The notes under the pieces: generated by a model
Database searches by the model: none
What the model was told of the DNA's origin: nothing
Seen by the model: only the letters and a program-made list of their open reading frames with translations
Assembly: GCA_043766295.1 (NCBI GenBank)
Contig: JAYUIF010000332.1
Span: 1-42,010 of the forward strand
DNA length: 42,010 nt
Direction: 5' to 3'
DNA from: Spartobacteria bacterium
GTDB lineage: Bacteria > Verrucomicrobiota > Verrucomicrobiia > Chthoniobacterales > Chthoniobacteraceae
Shown here: positions 25,247 to 33,950 of the stretch, piece by piece
Numbering within the stretch: the stretch's first letter is position 1
Layout of the letters: the number at the start of each line of letters is the position of its first letter
Position numbers and translations under genes: made by a program

Positions 25247-25735
25247 ATGTATTGCCCTAAGTGTAGCAGCCTTGAAGACAAGGTGATTGATTCCCGGCTC
25301 TCGAAGGACGGCCGAAGCATTCGCCGTCGCCGCGAATGTCTGGCTTGCACGCACCGATTCACCACTTACGAGGAAGTCGAGCGGACGGAGTTGCGCGTCT
25401 CCAAACGGGACGGCAGGAGCGAGCCTTTCAACAAGGAGAAGCTCTTGAATGGGATGATCAAAGCTTGCGAAAAGCGGCCTGTGGGAGTGGAGCAACTCGA
25501 ACAAATCGCGGACGAAATCATGGTGACGCTGGGGACGGAGTTTCGGCGCGAGGTGCCGAGCATCGTGATCGGCGCACATGTGATGGCGGCGCTGCATGAT
25601 CTCGATGAAGTCGCCTACGTGCGCTACGCGAGCGTGTATCGGCACTTTCAGGACATCGGGGAATTTATCCACGAAATCCAAAAACTCGAAAAGCGTCCGC
25701 GTAAAGGCGGGGCGCAAACCGAACTCTTCAAGTGA
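25247..25735 (+). CDS. nrdR: Transcriptional repressor NrdR (zinc ribbon + ATP-cone)
   Basis: MYCPKCSSLEDKVIDSR...RRRRECLACTHRFTTYE is the signature NrdR N-terminus. VAYVRYASVY lies in the ATP-cone. Confidence 0.95.
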   Translation: MYCPKCSSLEDKVIDSRLSKDGRSIRRRRECLACTHRFTTYEEVERTELRVSKRDGRSEPFNKEKLLNGMIKACEKRPVGVEQLEQIADEIMVTLGTEFRREVPSIVIGAHVMAALHDLDEVAYVRYASVYRHFQDIGEFIHEIQKLEKRPRKGGAQTELFK

Positions 25736-26310
25736 TCGCATACCGCGACGGACTTCCATTGATCGCCTTGGCAAACAGCCAACTGGTCGCCTTCGAGCGC
25801 GAATGGCTGATCCGCGCTCTGAACGTGGCGGCGCAACGGGCGGGCTATACGAAATGGTGGCTCGCTCCACACATCGCCGAGAGTGTGCAGGTGTGGCTGC
25901 AAGGGATGCCGGATATGCGGGTGATGCCGGTCGCGCAGTTCACGCGGGCGGTGCGCGCTGCGTTGCAAGTGATCGGCTACGCGGAAGTGGGCGAGCGATT
26001 CGAAGCGGCGTCACCCTTCTCGCGCATCTCGCTCATCGAGGTCGCGCAGGAGGCGGGAAACGGCTACGAACTAGCGTTCTTCCACACGCTGGGGCGGCGC
26101 CTGCATGAGGTGCTGGAACTCGGCGGGAGCTATTGCGAACTCATCGGCCTCGAAATGTGCGTGAAACTTTTGCGGCAGAAAAAACACTGGTGCAGCCGGT
26201 GCGACGCGCTGCGTTCGGAGATCGTGATTTTCGCGCGCGAGCAAAGCGGAATCGCCTGCCGCGACTCGGGAGACAAACGCGGACGCGAACTTTTTCTCCA
26301 CGTCGCATGA
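25732..26310 (+). CDS. Hypothetical protein, translationally coupled to nrdR
   Basis: The GTG start overlaps the nrdR stop (GTGA) and the stop overlaps the next ATG (ATGA). No motif was recognised. Confidence 0.5.
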   Translation: MIAYRDGLPLIALANSQLVAFEREWLIRALNVAAQRAGYTKWWLAPHIAESVQVWLQGMPDMRVMPVAQFTRAVRAALQVIGYAEVGERFEAASPFSRISLIEVAQEAGNGYELAFFHTLGRRLHEVLELGGSYCELIGLEMCVKLLRQKKHWCSRCDALRSEIVIFAREQSGIACRDSGDKRGRELFLHVA

Positions 26311-26645
26311 CCATTTTTGAAAAAATCGCCTGCGGTGAAATCCCCGCGAAACTGATCCACGAAGACGGGGACTTCGTCGCCTTTCACGACAACAATCCGC
26401 AAGCACCGGTGCATGTCCTCATCATCCCGCGCAAGTGCATCCCGCGCGTCGCGCTCGCCGGGGCCGCGCACGCGGATTTGCTCGGCAGGATGCTGCTCGC
26501 CTCGCGTGAAATTGCGGAAAAACTCGGCGTCTTGGAAAGCGGATACCGGCTCGTCATCAACAACGGGCGCGATGCCGGCGAAAGCGTGCCGCATTTACAC
26601 ATCCACCTTCTCGCAGGACGCGCCCTGCAATGGCCGCCGGGATAA
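26307..26645 (+). CDS. HIT-family (HinT-like) nucleotide hydrolase
   Basis: MTIFEKIACGEIPA, APVHVLIIPRK and the histidine triad VPHLHIHLL are present. The 26133-26306 ORF extension is rejected. Confidence 0.9.
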   Translation: MTIFEKIACGEIPAKLIHEDGDFVAFHDNNPQAPVHVLIIPRKCIPRVALAGAAHADLLGRMLLASREIAEKLGVLESGYRLVINNGRDAGESVPHLHIHLLAGRALQWPPG

Positions 26646-26648
26646 TTT

Positions 26649-27227
26649 ATGAACTCGTTACTCCACTATTTGCCCATCGTCACCGTGCTCGCGATTTTCG
26701 CCGAGCGGATGCGCGAAGTTTCTGCGAAACGCGAGACTGTGCCCGGCAAGACGCAGGAAAAACTTACGTTCAATCTCTTCATGCTCTGCGGCGTCGCCAT
26801 CGTCGTGGGCGGCATTGCGGAATACCTACTGCGCGGACTGAATTTCTGGTGGCCCACGTTCGTCGTCGGACTCCCGATGTCCATTGCATCGTTCGCCCTC
26901 CGGCGCTCGGCCATCCGTGCGCTCGGGCGTTTCTGGAGTCTCCATGTCGAGATGCGCGAAGGGCATGAGTTCGTGCAGACCGGGCCGTTCGCCCGCGCGC
27001 GGCACCCGGTTTATTTTTCGATGATTCTCGAACTGCTCGGCATCGGCCTCGTGCTCAACGCATGGTTCACGCTCGCTGGAGTGTTCGCCATTTTCATCCC
27101 CACGATGCTCGCCCGCGTGCGTATCGAGGAACGCGCACTCGTCGAAAAATTCGGCGACGCCTACCGCGCCTACATGAAAACGACGCCGGCCATCATCCCC
27201 ATTGGCTCCGGGAGGAAGATCCCATGA
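26649..27227 (+). CDS. Isoprenylcysteine carboxyl methyltransferase (ICMT)/phospholipid methyltransferase-family membrane protein
   Basis: It has multiple TM helices. The C-terminal motif is GPFARARHPVYFSMILELLG...RIEERALVEKFGDAYRAY. Confidence 0.8.
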   Translation: MNSLLHYLPIVTVLAIFAERMREVSAKRETVPGKTQEKLTFNLFMLCGVAIVVGGIAEYLLRGLNFWWPTFVVGLPMSIASFALRRSAIRALGRFWSLHVEMREGHEFVQTGPFARARHPVYFSMILELLGIGLVLNAWFTLAGVFAIFIPTMLARVRIEERALVEKFGDAYRAYMKTTPAIIPIGSGRKIP

Positions 27228-28480
27228 GCAGTGCCCGCCGTGTCGTCATCACGGGCGCAGGCGTCATCGCGCCGAATGGCAGCACGCTTGATGATTTTTG
27301 GGCGAGCATCCGCGATGGACACAGCGCGGCGGCACCACTCACGCGTTTCCCGCTCGCAAATGCGCCCTCGAAAGTCGCCTGCGAAGTGCGCGACTTCGCA
27401 CCCGAGAATCACATGGAGGCGAAGGTCGCGCGGCGGCTCAGTCTATCCATCCAATACGCCGTCGCCGCCTCGCGCATGGCGCTCAAAGACTCCGGCATTG
27501 ATTTGACGAAAGTCGCTCCAGACCGCGTCGGAATCGTCGAGGGCACCACGGTGAGTAATAACGAAACAGCGGCGCGCGCCGAAGAGGCGTGGCACAAACG
27601 CGGCTACAGGGGCATCTCACTCTTTGCCATGATCAATGGATACAGCGGCGGCGGGAGTGGTGAAATCGCCATTGAACTTGGCGTGAAAGGACACGCCATC
27701 ACCCTCAGCAGCGGCAGCGCGAGCGGCAACGATGTGATGGGCTATGCGCTCTCCATGATTCAAAATGACGAGGCTGATGTGATGATCACCGGCGGCGCCG
27801 AGGCACCCATCCTTCCGCAAATTTGGGGCACATTTTGCCAGGGCAAAGTGATGAGCCGCCATCCGGGCGAACCGCGCGAGGCGATGAAACCATTTGATGT
27901 CGCGCGGTGCGGTTTCGTGCTCGGCGAAGGTGCAGGCTTTGTCGTGATGGAGGAACTTTCCCACGCACTTGCACGCGGCGCCCGCATCTACGCGGAGGTG
28001 ATCGGCCATGGGCGTGCCTGTGAAGGACATCACCCCGTCGCGCCCGAACCAAACGGACTCGGTGTATTCCAAGCGATGCAGCGCGCATTAAACCGGGCGC
28101 ACACCGAGTTGGGCGAAGTGGACTACATCAACGCCCACGGCACTGCGACCGAGGCCAATGACGTTGTGGAAACGCGCGCCATCAAATCGCTCTTTGGCAA
28201 TTACGCGAACCGGCTTGGAGTCAGCAGCACCAAGCCAGTCACCGGGCACCTCATGGCAGCGGCAGGCGCAGTGGAAACCGTCGTCACTGCGCTTGCTGTT
28301 TATCATCAGGTCATCCCGCCGACCATCAATCTACGCGTGCCCGATCCCGAGTGCTCGCTGGACTACGTGCCAGACAGGGCGCGTCCCTATCCCATCCGCG
28401 TCGCACTCAACATCAGCAGCGGCTTCGGTGGTAAAAACGCGTGTCTCGCATTGCGCCGCTGGCCCATCCCTGAGCGATGA
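27224..28480 (+). CDS. Beta-ketoacyl-ACP synthase II-like (FabF-like) protein with Ser in place of the catalytic Cys
   Basis: It aligns by eye along its full length with E. coli FabF (RRVVITGAGVIAPNG; NAHGTATEANDVVE; KPVTGHLMAAAGAVE; SGFGGKNA). The active-site segment reads TLSSGSASGNDV where FabF has [12 protein letters not shown]. GGAGG lies 8 nt upstream, and the start overlaps the ICMT gene stop (ATGA). Confidence 0.85.
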   Translation: MSSARRVVITGAGVIAPNGSTLDDFWASIRDGHSAAAPLTRFPLANAPSKVACEVRDFAPENHMEAKVARRLSLSIQYAVAASRMALKDSGIDLTKVAPDRVGIVEGTTVSNNETAARAEEAWHKRGYRGISLFAMINGYSGGGSGEIAIELGVKGHAITLSSGSASGNDVMGYALSMIQNDEADVMITGGAEAPILPQIWGTFCQGKVMSRHPGEPREAMKPFDVARCGFVLGEGAGFVVMEELSHALARGARIYAEVIGHGRACEGHHPVAPEPNGLGVFQAMQRALNRAHTELGEVDYINAHGTATEANDVVETRAIKSLFGNYANRLGVSSTKPVTGHLMAAAGAVETVVTALAVYHQVIPPTINLRVPDPECSLDYVPDRARPYPIRVALNISSGFGGKNACLALRRWPIPER

Positions 28481-30666
28481 AATACTTCGAATACATCCCG
28501 CTCATCGGTGCGATCTTCAATTTTGCGCTGGTGCTTTTCGTTTACAGCAGCGACCGCCGCTCGCGCCTCAATCAAGTTTTCTTCGCATGGGGCCTTTGCA
28601 TCACGATTTGGAATCTCGGCACTTACGCGCTCTTCTGCACGCCGCCGGAATCGCTGGATGAGGCATATTCGTGGGCCAAACTCATGCAGTTCGGCGTCAT
28701 CTTTATCCCGGTGACGATGCTGCACCTCTGCCTCTTGCTCGTTGGCTGCAAACCGAACCGATGGCTTGCTGCCGCATACGCCTTTCATGCTGCGCTTGCT
28801 GTGATGAACGTTTTCGACCTCTTCATCAGCGGCGTCCATTACGTCGGCTATGCCCATTACTCGACCGCAGGCATTGGCTTTTGGATTTACACCCTCGCAT
28901 TTGGCCAGTCGTTCCTTTCGATCTTTCTGCTTTGGAAAAAGCGCAGTGAACTACCGTTGCGCCAGCGCCACCGATTCAACGGAATCCTCGCGGCGCAGGC
29001 ACTCCTCGTCCTTCTCGGGACAAACGACATCCTGCCCATCGTCGGTGTGGATCATTATCCGCTGACAACAATCCCCGTCGTTCCCTACGGCAGCCTCGCA
29101 GCAATCGCCTACGGCGTAATGGTCGCCTACTCGGTCTTTCAATACCAACTGCTCGACGTGCATCTCGCACTTGGTCGCTCGGCCGCATACTTGGTGCGCT
29201 TTGGATTTCTGCTCGTCATCGCCATCGTCCTCCAACTGTGCGTGGCGACCTTCGCCCCATCTGGAGCGATCACGACATTTGGCCTCATCAGTAGCGTGAT
29301 CATCATCACACTCTCCGCCCTCATCGCTTCATTTCTGTTTCCGAAATTACTTGGCGGTTCGGCGGAGACACTTGAGCGGCGACTGCTCGGCGACCACTTC
29401 GAGTATCAGGATAAAATGCGCTCTTTCACCGAGAATCTGCGCTGGCACACCGAGCATTCCACTTTGCTCAATGAACTCCACTCGCTGTTCGTGAACACCG
29501 TGCGCGTCCGCGCCTATTGGATCATCCTGCTCGATGAAACCAACCGCGCCTACACCCTCACACGCGCACATCCCGACCAGCCACAGCGCCAGCTCCCGGA
29601 CTTGCGCAGCGACTCGCCCGTCTTCCGATTCTTCGCGGATAAAAGTCAGGCGCATCTTTCCCTCAACACCGGCTCCGAGCGCGCCAACCCGGAAAGCCTC
29701 GAAGCCAAAGCCTGCGAGCAACTGCGCGCCTTTGTCGGCGACATCGCCTTTCCCCTGCTCGTTGGCGATCAGCCGCTCGGCCTCCTCATCCTCGGCGAAA
29801 AAACCAACTGCACGCCTTTCACGCGGAACGACACGCAACTCCTCGTCTCCCTCACCGAAAACCTCGCCCTCGTCGCGAATCAAATTTCCCTCAAAAACCA
29901 AATCCTCCTCAATCAGGAACTCGATCTTTTGGGCCGCATGTCGCGCGGCATGGCGCACGATTTGAACAATCTCACCACGCCGGTGTGGACGCTCCTCCAG
30001 CTTTTCACCGAAGGCTCCGCCGACGAAGCCGCACGCGCCGAACTCGCGCCCGTCGCCATCCGCAACATCCAGACGATGCGCGCCTATATTAAAGAAGCGC
30101 TCTTCTTTTCCGAAAATCTCCGCCCGGACATCCAGCTCGGCCGGCTTGATGCGCTCCTCCAAAACGTCGTGGATCTCGCCCGCGAAAATAAACGCAACGG
30201 CAAGGAAATCACCTACCGCCTGGAAGCGCACGACGAGACGCTCGTCGAGATGGACATGGTGCTCGTCCAACGACTCATCGCGAACATCGTCTCGAACGCC
30301 GTGGATGCTTCGCAAGATGGCGGAGAAATCCGCATCGAGCTGATACGCCTCGTCAAAACCGACGCCGCGCGTGACTGGCTGCGCGTGCGTGTGACGGATC
30401 GCGGCACCGGCATCCGCACCGAGGATATGCCCCGCATTTTCCAGCCCTACTTCACCACCAAGCGCACCGGCGACGAAGGGCGCGGCTTCGGTCTCGGGCT
30501 CGCCATTTGCCGCAAAATCGCCACGCTGCACGGAGGCAGTCTCACGCTCACCAGCGAAATCGGGAAAGGCACCATCGTGAATCTCGACTTGCCGAACCGC
30601 CAGAAAAACGCCAGAACCCAAGCGTTCCAGCCGCCCGGTTCGATAGCCGCAAATACGCACGTCTAA
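28477..30666 (+). CDS. Membrane sensor histidine kinase (N-terminal multi-TM domain, GAF-like region, HisKA, HATPase_c)
   Basis: About 7 TM helices occupy the first ~290 aa. The H-box is MSRGMAHDLNNL, the N-box is IVSNAVDAS, and the G-boxes are DRGTGI and GFGLGLAICRKI. Confidence 0.9.
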   Translation: MKYFEYIPLIGAIFNFALVLFVYSSDRRSRLNQVFFAWGLCITIWNLGTYALFCTPPESLDEAYSWAKLMQFGVIFIPVTMLHLCLLLVGCKPNRWLAAAYAFHAALAVMNVFDLFISGVHYVGYAHYSTAGIGFWIYTLAFGQSFLSIFLLWKKRSELPLRQRHRFNGILAAQALLVLLGTNDILPIVGVDHYPLTTIPVVPYGSLAAIAYGVMVAYSVFQYQLLDVHLALGRSAAYLVRFGFLLVIAIVLQLCVATFAPSGAITTFGLISSVIIITLSALIASFLFPKLLGGSAETLERRLLGDHFEYQDKMRSFTENLRWHTEHSTLLNELHSLFVNTVRVRAYWIILLDETNRAYTLTRAHPDQPQRQLPDLRSDSPVFRFFADKSQAHLSLNTGSERANPESLEAKACEQLRAFVGDIAFPLLVGDQPLGLLILGEKTNCTPFTRNDTQLLVSLTENLALVANQISLKNQILLNQELDLLGRMSRGMAHDLNNLTTPVWTLLQLFTEGSADEAARAELAPVAIRNIQTMRAYIKEALFFSENLRPDIQLGRLDALLQNVVDLARENKRNGKEITYRLEAHDETLVEMDMVLVQRLIANIVSNAVDASQDGGEIRIELIRLVKTDAARDWLRVRVTDRGTGIRTEDMPRIFQPYFTTKRTGDEGRGFGLGLAICRKIATLHGGSLTLTSEIGKGTIVNLDLPNRQKNARTQAFQPPGSIAANTHV

Positions 30667-30668
30667 CC

Positions 30669-32675
30669 ATGCGCACACTCCTCATCATCACCCGACAACC
30701 GCCTTTCACAGCGGCCATCGAGGCTGCGCTGGATGCGGGGCGCTATCGCCTCATCGGCAAAGAAGACGCCGCCAGCGCTGGCGTATTACTCTCGCGTGGT
30801 GCGATTGATGCCATCGTTCTGGATCTCGAATTTACCGACGCCCTCGCCATTCGCACCATCGAAGAAGTCCGCGCCCTCGCGCCCGGCTGCCCGCTCATCG
30901 TCTTCGCACCGCAAGGCCGCAGGACTTGGGAAGAGGAGGCTTACATTCTCGGCGTCGCACACGTCATCGAAAAACCCGTGCGCGGAAAACTCCTCAGCAC
31001 GCTCATGGAGCGCGCATTTCTCGACAAAGACGATCAACTCCCTGCGCTCGTGCAGCAACAAGCGCCCGCCCTCACCACGCTCACCACGCTCCCGCAAGGC
31101 CGCGGACTCGAAACGCTCCGCCGATTTTCCTCACTGCTCGTCCACAGCCTCGATGCGCGCGAGCTTCTCCGCGCCGCACTCCAGCAACTCCGCGAAGCCC
31201 TCGGCATCAATCGCGCCGCAGTCTTTCTCCGCAAACCCAGCGCGCTCACCACGGACGGCACGCCATCTTCCGACGACCACTGGCTGCGCCCCGCATACAC
31301 CATCGGCCACGAGCCGGGGCTGATTCAGGAATTCCCGCTCAGCCTCGCCAACGGCATCGGCAACTACCTGCACAAACACGCACGCATCCTCCGCGCCGAC
31401 GCACCCGAAGCCCGCGCCTCTCGCGAAATCACCAAGGAATTCACCACACTCGGCAGCATCATCGCACTCCCCATCCACGACCGCGAAATGCTGCTCGGCG
31501 TCCTCGTCATTGATGAACGCATCACCGGCGGCGGCTTCGGCGACGAAGAACTCACGCAGCTTTTCCACTGGCTCGAAGAACTCGGCATCGCCCTTCGCAA
31601 TTGCTGGCGCCACGAACAACTCCGCGACACGCACGGCCTCGTTGACGACATCCTCGCCGGCCTCGGCGGCGGTTGCATCGTCGTCGGCTCCAACTGCGGC
31701 GTGCTCCACGCAAACACAGCCGCCCTTCACCTCCTCGCCCCCGGCCACAGCAGCCGTCTCGACTTCGCCGACATCCCGCAGGCGCTTGGCAGTCTCATCT
31801 TTCTCGTCATTCAAAAAGGCGAGGCAGTCTCGCCATTCAAATGGGAACCGCCCGCTCATCCCGGCATTTCCTGCCGTGTCAGCATCCAGCCATTTTGCGT
31901 AGGTAAAGACAAACGGCCAAACGCCGCGCTGCTCGTCCTCGACGACATCACCGAGCACGAGCGCGCCGTGCAACTTGAAGTGGAAACCAGCAAGCTCCGC
32001 CTCGTCCGCCAGATGGCGTGGCACCTCGCGCACGAGATTGGCAACGCCGTCACACCAATCAGCACGATGCAGCAGCTTCTTGAAATACAAGGCGACGATG
32101 CAGAGGCCCGCCACGAGATGAGCGAAGTCCTCGCGAACAGCGTGCGGAGAATCACACGCCTCACCCAGCAGATGAATTTCCTCAGCCGCGATTGGGACGG
32201 CAAGAGCGGCGAGACCGCTTCCATTTCGGACCTGCTCGAAAAAGCATATCAAGACGCGAACACATTCCACCCCGGCAAACACATACCCGTCCTGCACCTC
32301 GACAAGACGAGCCCGTGGAAAGTCAGCGGCGACACCAAGGCGCTCCGCCATGCGTTCTCCGAACTGATCCTCAATGCCATCCAGGCGAATCCCGAAAACC
32401 CAAGCGTCACCCTGCGCCTCGCGGACATCAGCACCGAAGGCCATCAGCGTCTCACCGTCGAAGTCCAGGACGCAGGCCCCGGCTTTCCCCACGAAGTCGC
32501 GGACAAAATCGGCGAACCGTTTCAAAGCACACGCAGCGTAGGACTCGGGCTCGGGCTCACCGTCTCCCGCAAGATCATCGAAAATCACAGCGGCCAAATT
32601 GACATCCCGCACACGGATCGCGGCCCCGGCATCATCCGCGTCACGTTGCCGTTCACCAATCCGGCCAACAACTAG
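30669..32675 (+). CDS. Soluble histidine kinase with a degenerate N-terminal receiver-like domain, GAF and PAS-like regions
   Basis: The N-terminus, LLIITRQPP...AIVLDLEF...LIVFAP...IEKPV, has a receiver fold but lacks the acidic pair and the Thr. The H-box is WHLAHEIGNAV, with LILNAIQAN, QDAGPGF and GLGLGLTVSRKI. Confidence 0.85.
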   Translation: MRTLLIITRQPPFTAAIEAALDAGRYRLIGKEDAASAGVLLSRGAIDAIVLDLEFTDALAIRTIEEVRALAPGCPLIVFAPQGRRTWEEEAYILGVAHVIEKPVRGKLLSTLMERAFLDKDDQLPALVQQQAPALTTLTTLPQGRGLETLRRFSSLLVHSLDARELLRAALQQLREALGINRAAVFLRKPSALTTDGTPSSDDHWLRPAYTIGHEPGLIQEFPLSLANGIGNYLHKHARILRADAPEARASREITKEFTTLGSIIALPIHDREMLLGVLVIDERITGGGFGDEELTQLFHWLEELGIALRNCWRHEQLRDTHGLVDDILAGLGGGCIVVGSNCGVLHANTAALHLLAPGHSSRLDFADIPQALGSLIFLVIQKGEAVSPFKWEPPAHPGISCRVSIQPFCVGKDKRPNAALLVLDDITEHERAVQLEVETSKLRLVRQMAWHLAHEIGNAVTPISTMQQLLEIQGDDAEARHEMSEVLANSVRRITRLTQQMNFLSRDWDGKSGETASISDLLEKAYQDANTFHPGKHIPVLHLDKTSPWKVSGDTKALRHAFSELILNAIQANPENPSVTLRLADISTEGHQRLTVEVQDAGPGFPHEVADKIGEPFQSTRSVGLGLGLTVSRKIIENHSGQIDIPHTDRGPGIIRVTLPFTNPANN

Positions 32676-32703
32676 CCGGTTGCGCGAGCGAAAGCGGCCA
32701 GCT

Positions 32704-32757
32704 ATCGCTGCGGAGTGAAATTTTCTCCGAGCAGTTTAGTTTTCATTGCCACGCTGG
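32704..32757. repeat. Left copy of a duplicated segment flanking the palindromic element
   Basis: atcgctgcg (32704-32712) and cagtttagttttcattgccacgctgg (32732-32757) recur at 32973-32981 and 32984-33009, the latter with 22 of 26 matches. Confidence 0.8.
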
Positions 32758-32972
32758 AGGGCCAACGGCCCTGCCCATACCAGCCTAGGTCAGAGCGAGG
32801 CACGAGCGTCGGCCTAGGTTTGAAATCAAAGACGGCAAGAGGGCTGAAAGCCCGATCCATCCGTGTCTCTCATCGCGCAAAATGGTGCCGGACTTTCAGC
32901 CCTTTGTCCGTGGAGGATCGCTTTCCTTGGGCGTTGCCCAAGGCTGGTATGAAAACGGGCCGTTGGCCCTCC
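32756..32972. repeat. 217-bp palindromic (MITE/REP-like) element built from two inverted ~100-bp arms
   Basis: The termini are GGAGGGCCAACGGCCC (32756-32771) and its exact reverse complement GGGCCGTTGGCCCTCC (32957-32972). Inner pairs are CATACCAGCCT / AGGCTGGTATG and AGGGCTGAAAGCCCG (32840-32854) / CCGGACTTTCAGCCCT (32888-32903). Confidence 0.8.
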
Positions 32973-33947
32973 ATCGCTGCGTTCAGTTTAGTTTTTTTCG
33001 CCACACTGGCGGCGTCCGTTTTCGCAGCGGAACCGGAGCCGCCGACTGGAATGACATTCATCAAGAGCGGGACTTTTACGATGGGCAGCGAGGACGGAGC
33101 GACGGACGAAAAGCCTTTGCACGAAGTCACCGTGAAATCTTTTTTCATGGATAAAACCGAGGTGACCAATGCGCAGTTCGCGGAGTTTGCAATGGCGACC
33201 AAATACGTGACGCTGGCGGAGCGCCCGCTCACGGCGAAGGATCTGCCGGGACTGCTGCCGGAGTTCGAGGGGAAGTCCGTGGCACTTTGCTACCGCCCGC
33301 CAAAAGGCGCTGCGGATCTGCGCGACGCGATGCAGTGGTGGGCTCCCGTGATTGGCGCAAACTGGCGTCACCCCGACGGCCCCGAGACGGACATTATCGG
33401 AAAAGAAAAACATCCCGTGGTGCATGTCTGCTGGGACGATGCGCAGGCATATTGCAAATGGGCGGGCAAGCGACTGCCCACCGAGGCGGAATGGGAGTTT
33501 GCCGCGCGCGGCGGATTGGAAAAAGCGCGCTACGTTTGGGGGAATGAATTTTCTCCGGGCGGAAAATGGATGGCGAATACGTGGCAGGGAAAATTTCCGC
33601 ACGAGAATACCGGCGAAGATGGATTCAAAGGTCTGGCACCAGTCGGCAGCTTTCCGGCGAATGGCTACGGCCTCTTCGACATGGCTGGCAACGTGTGGGA
33701 ATGGTGCTCCGATTGGTATCTGCCCGATTACTACGCGAAGTCGCCGAAGGAAAATCCACCGGGGCCGACAACGAGCTTTGATCCCGACGAACCCGGCGTG
33801 ATGAAACACTCGACGCGCGGCGGATCATGGATGTGCAGCGATTCCTACTGCCGTGGCTACCGCCCGAGCGCGCGGATGAAAACTTCGCCCGACACCGGGC
33901 TTTCCAACACGGGATTCCGCTGCGTGAAAGACGTGGAGACAAAATAG
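32949..33947 (+). CDS. Formylglycine-generating enzyme (FGE/SUMF1 family) with a signal peptide and an intact catalytic Cys pair
   Basis: FTMGS...DEKPLHEV, TEVTNAQFAEF, LPTEAEWEFAARGG and RGGSWMCSDSYCRGYR are present; the CxxxxC is spaced as in human FGE. The protein ends GFRCVKD. The ATG at 32949 lies inside the repeat element. An in-frame ORF also runs from GTG 32715. Confidence 0.8.
   Translation: MKTGRWPSIAAFSLVFFATLAASVFAAEPEPPTGMTFIKSGTFTMGSEDGATDEKPLHEVTVKSFFMDKTEVTNAQFAEFAMATKYVTLAERPLTAKDLPGLLPEFEGKSVALCYRPPKGAADLRDAMQWWAPVIGANWRHPDGPETDIIGKEKHPVVHVCWDDAQAYCKWAGKRLPTEAEWEFAARGGLEKARYVWGNEFSPGGKWMANTWQGKFPHENTGEDGFKGLAPVGSFPANGYGLFDMAGNVWEWCSDWYLPDYYAKSPKENPPGPTTSFDPDEPGVMKHSTRGGSWMCSDSYCRGYRPSARMKTSPDTGLSNTGFRCVKDVETK
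32973..33009. repeat. Right copy of the duplicated flanking segment (encodes part of the FGE signal peptide)
   Basis: See the left copy. Both copies are in the same reading frame (SSLVFIATL versus FSLVFFATL). Confidence 0.8.
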
Positions 33948-33950
33948 AAA

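Noticed and set aside
29347-32612. 443-aa and 493-aa minus-strand ORFs
   Set aside because: They are antisense to the two histidine-kinase genes, which have complete H, N and G boxes. No motifs were seen in the antisense translations.
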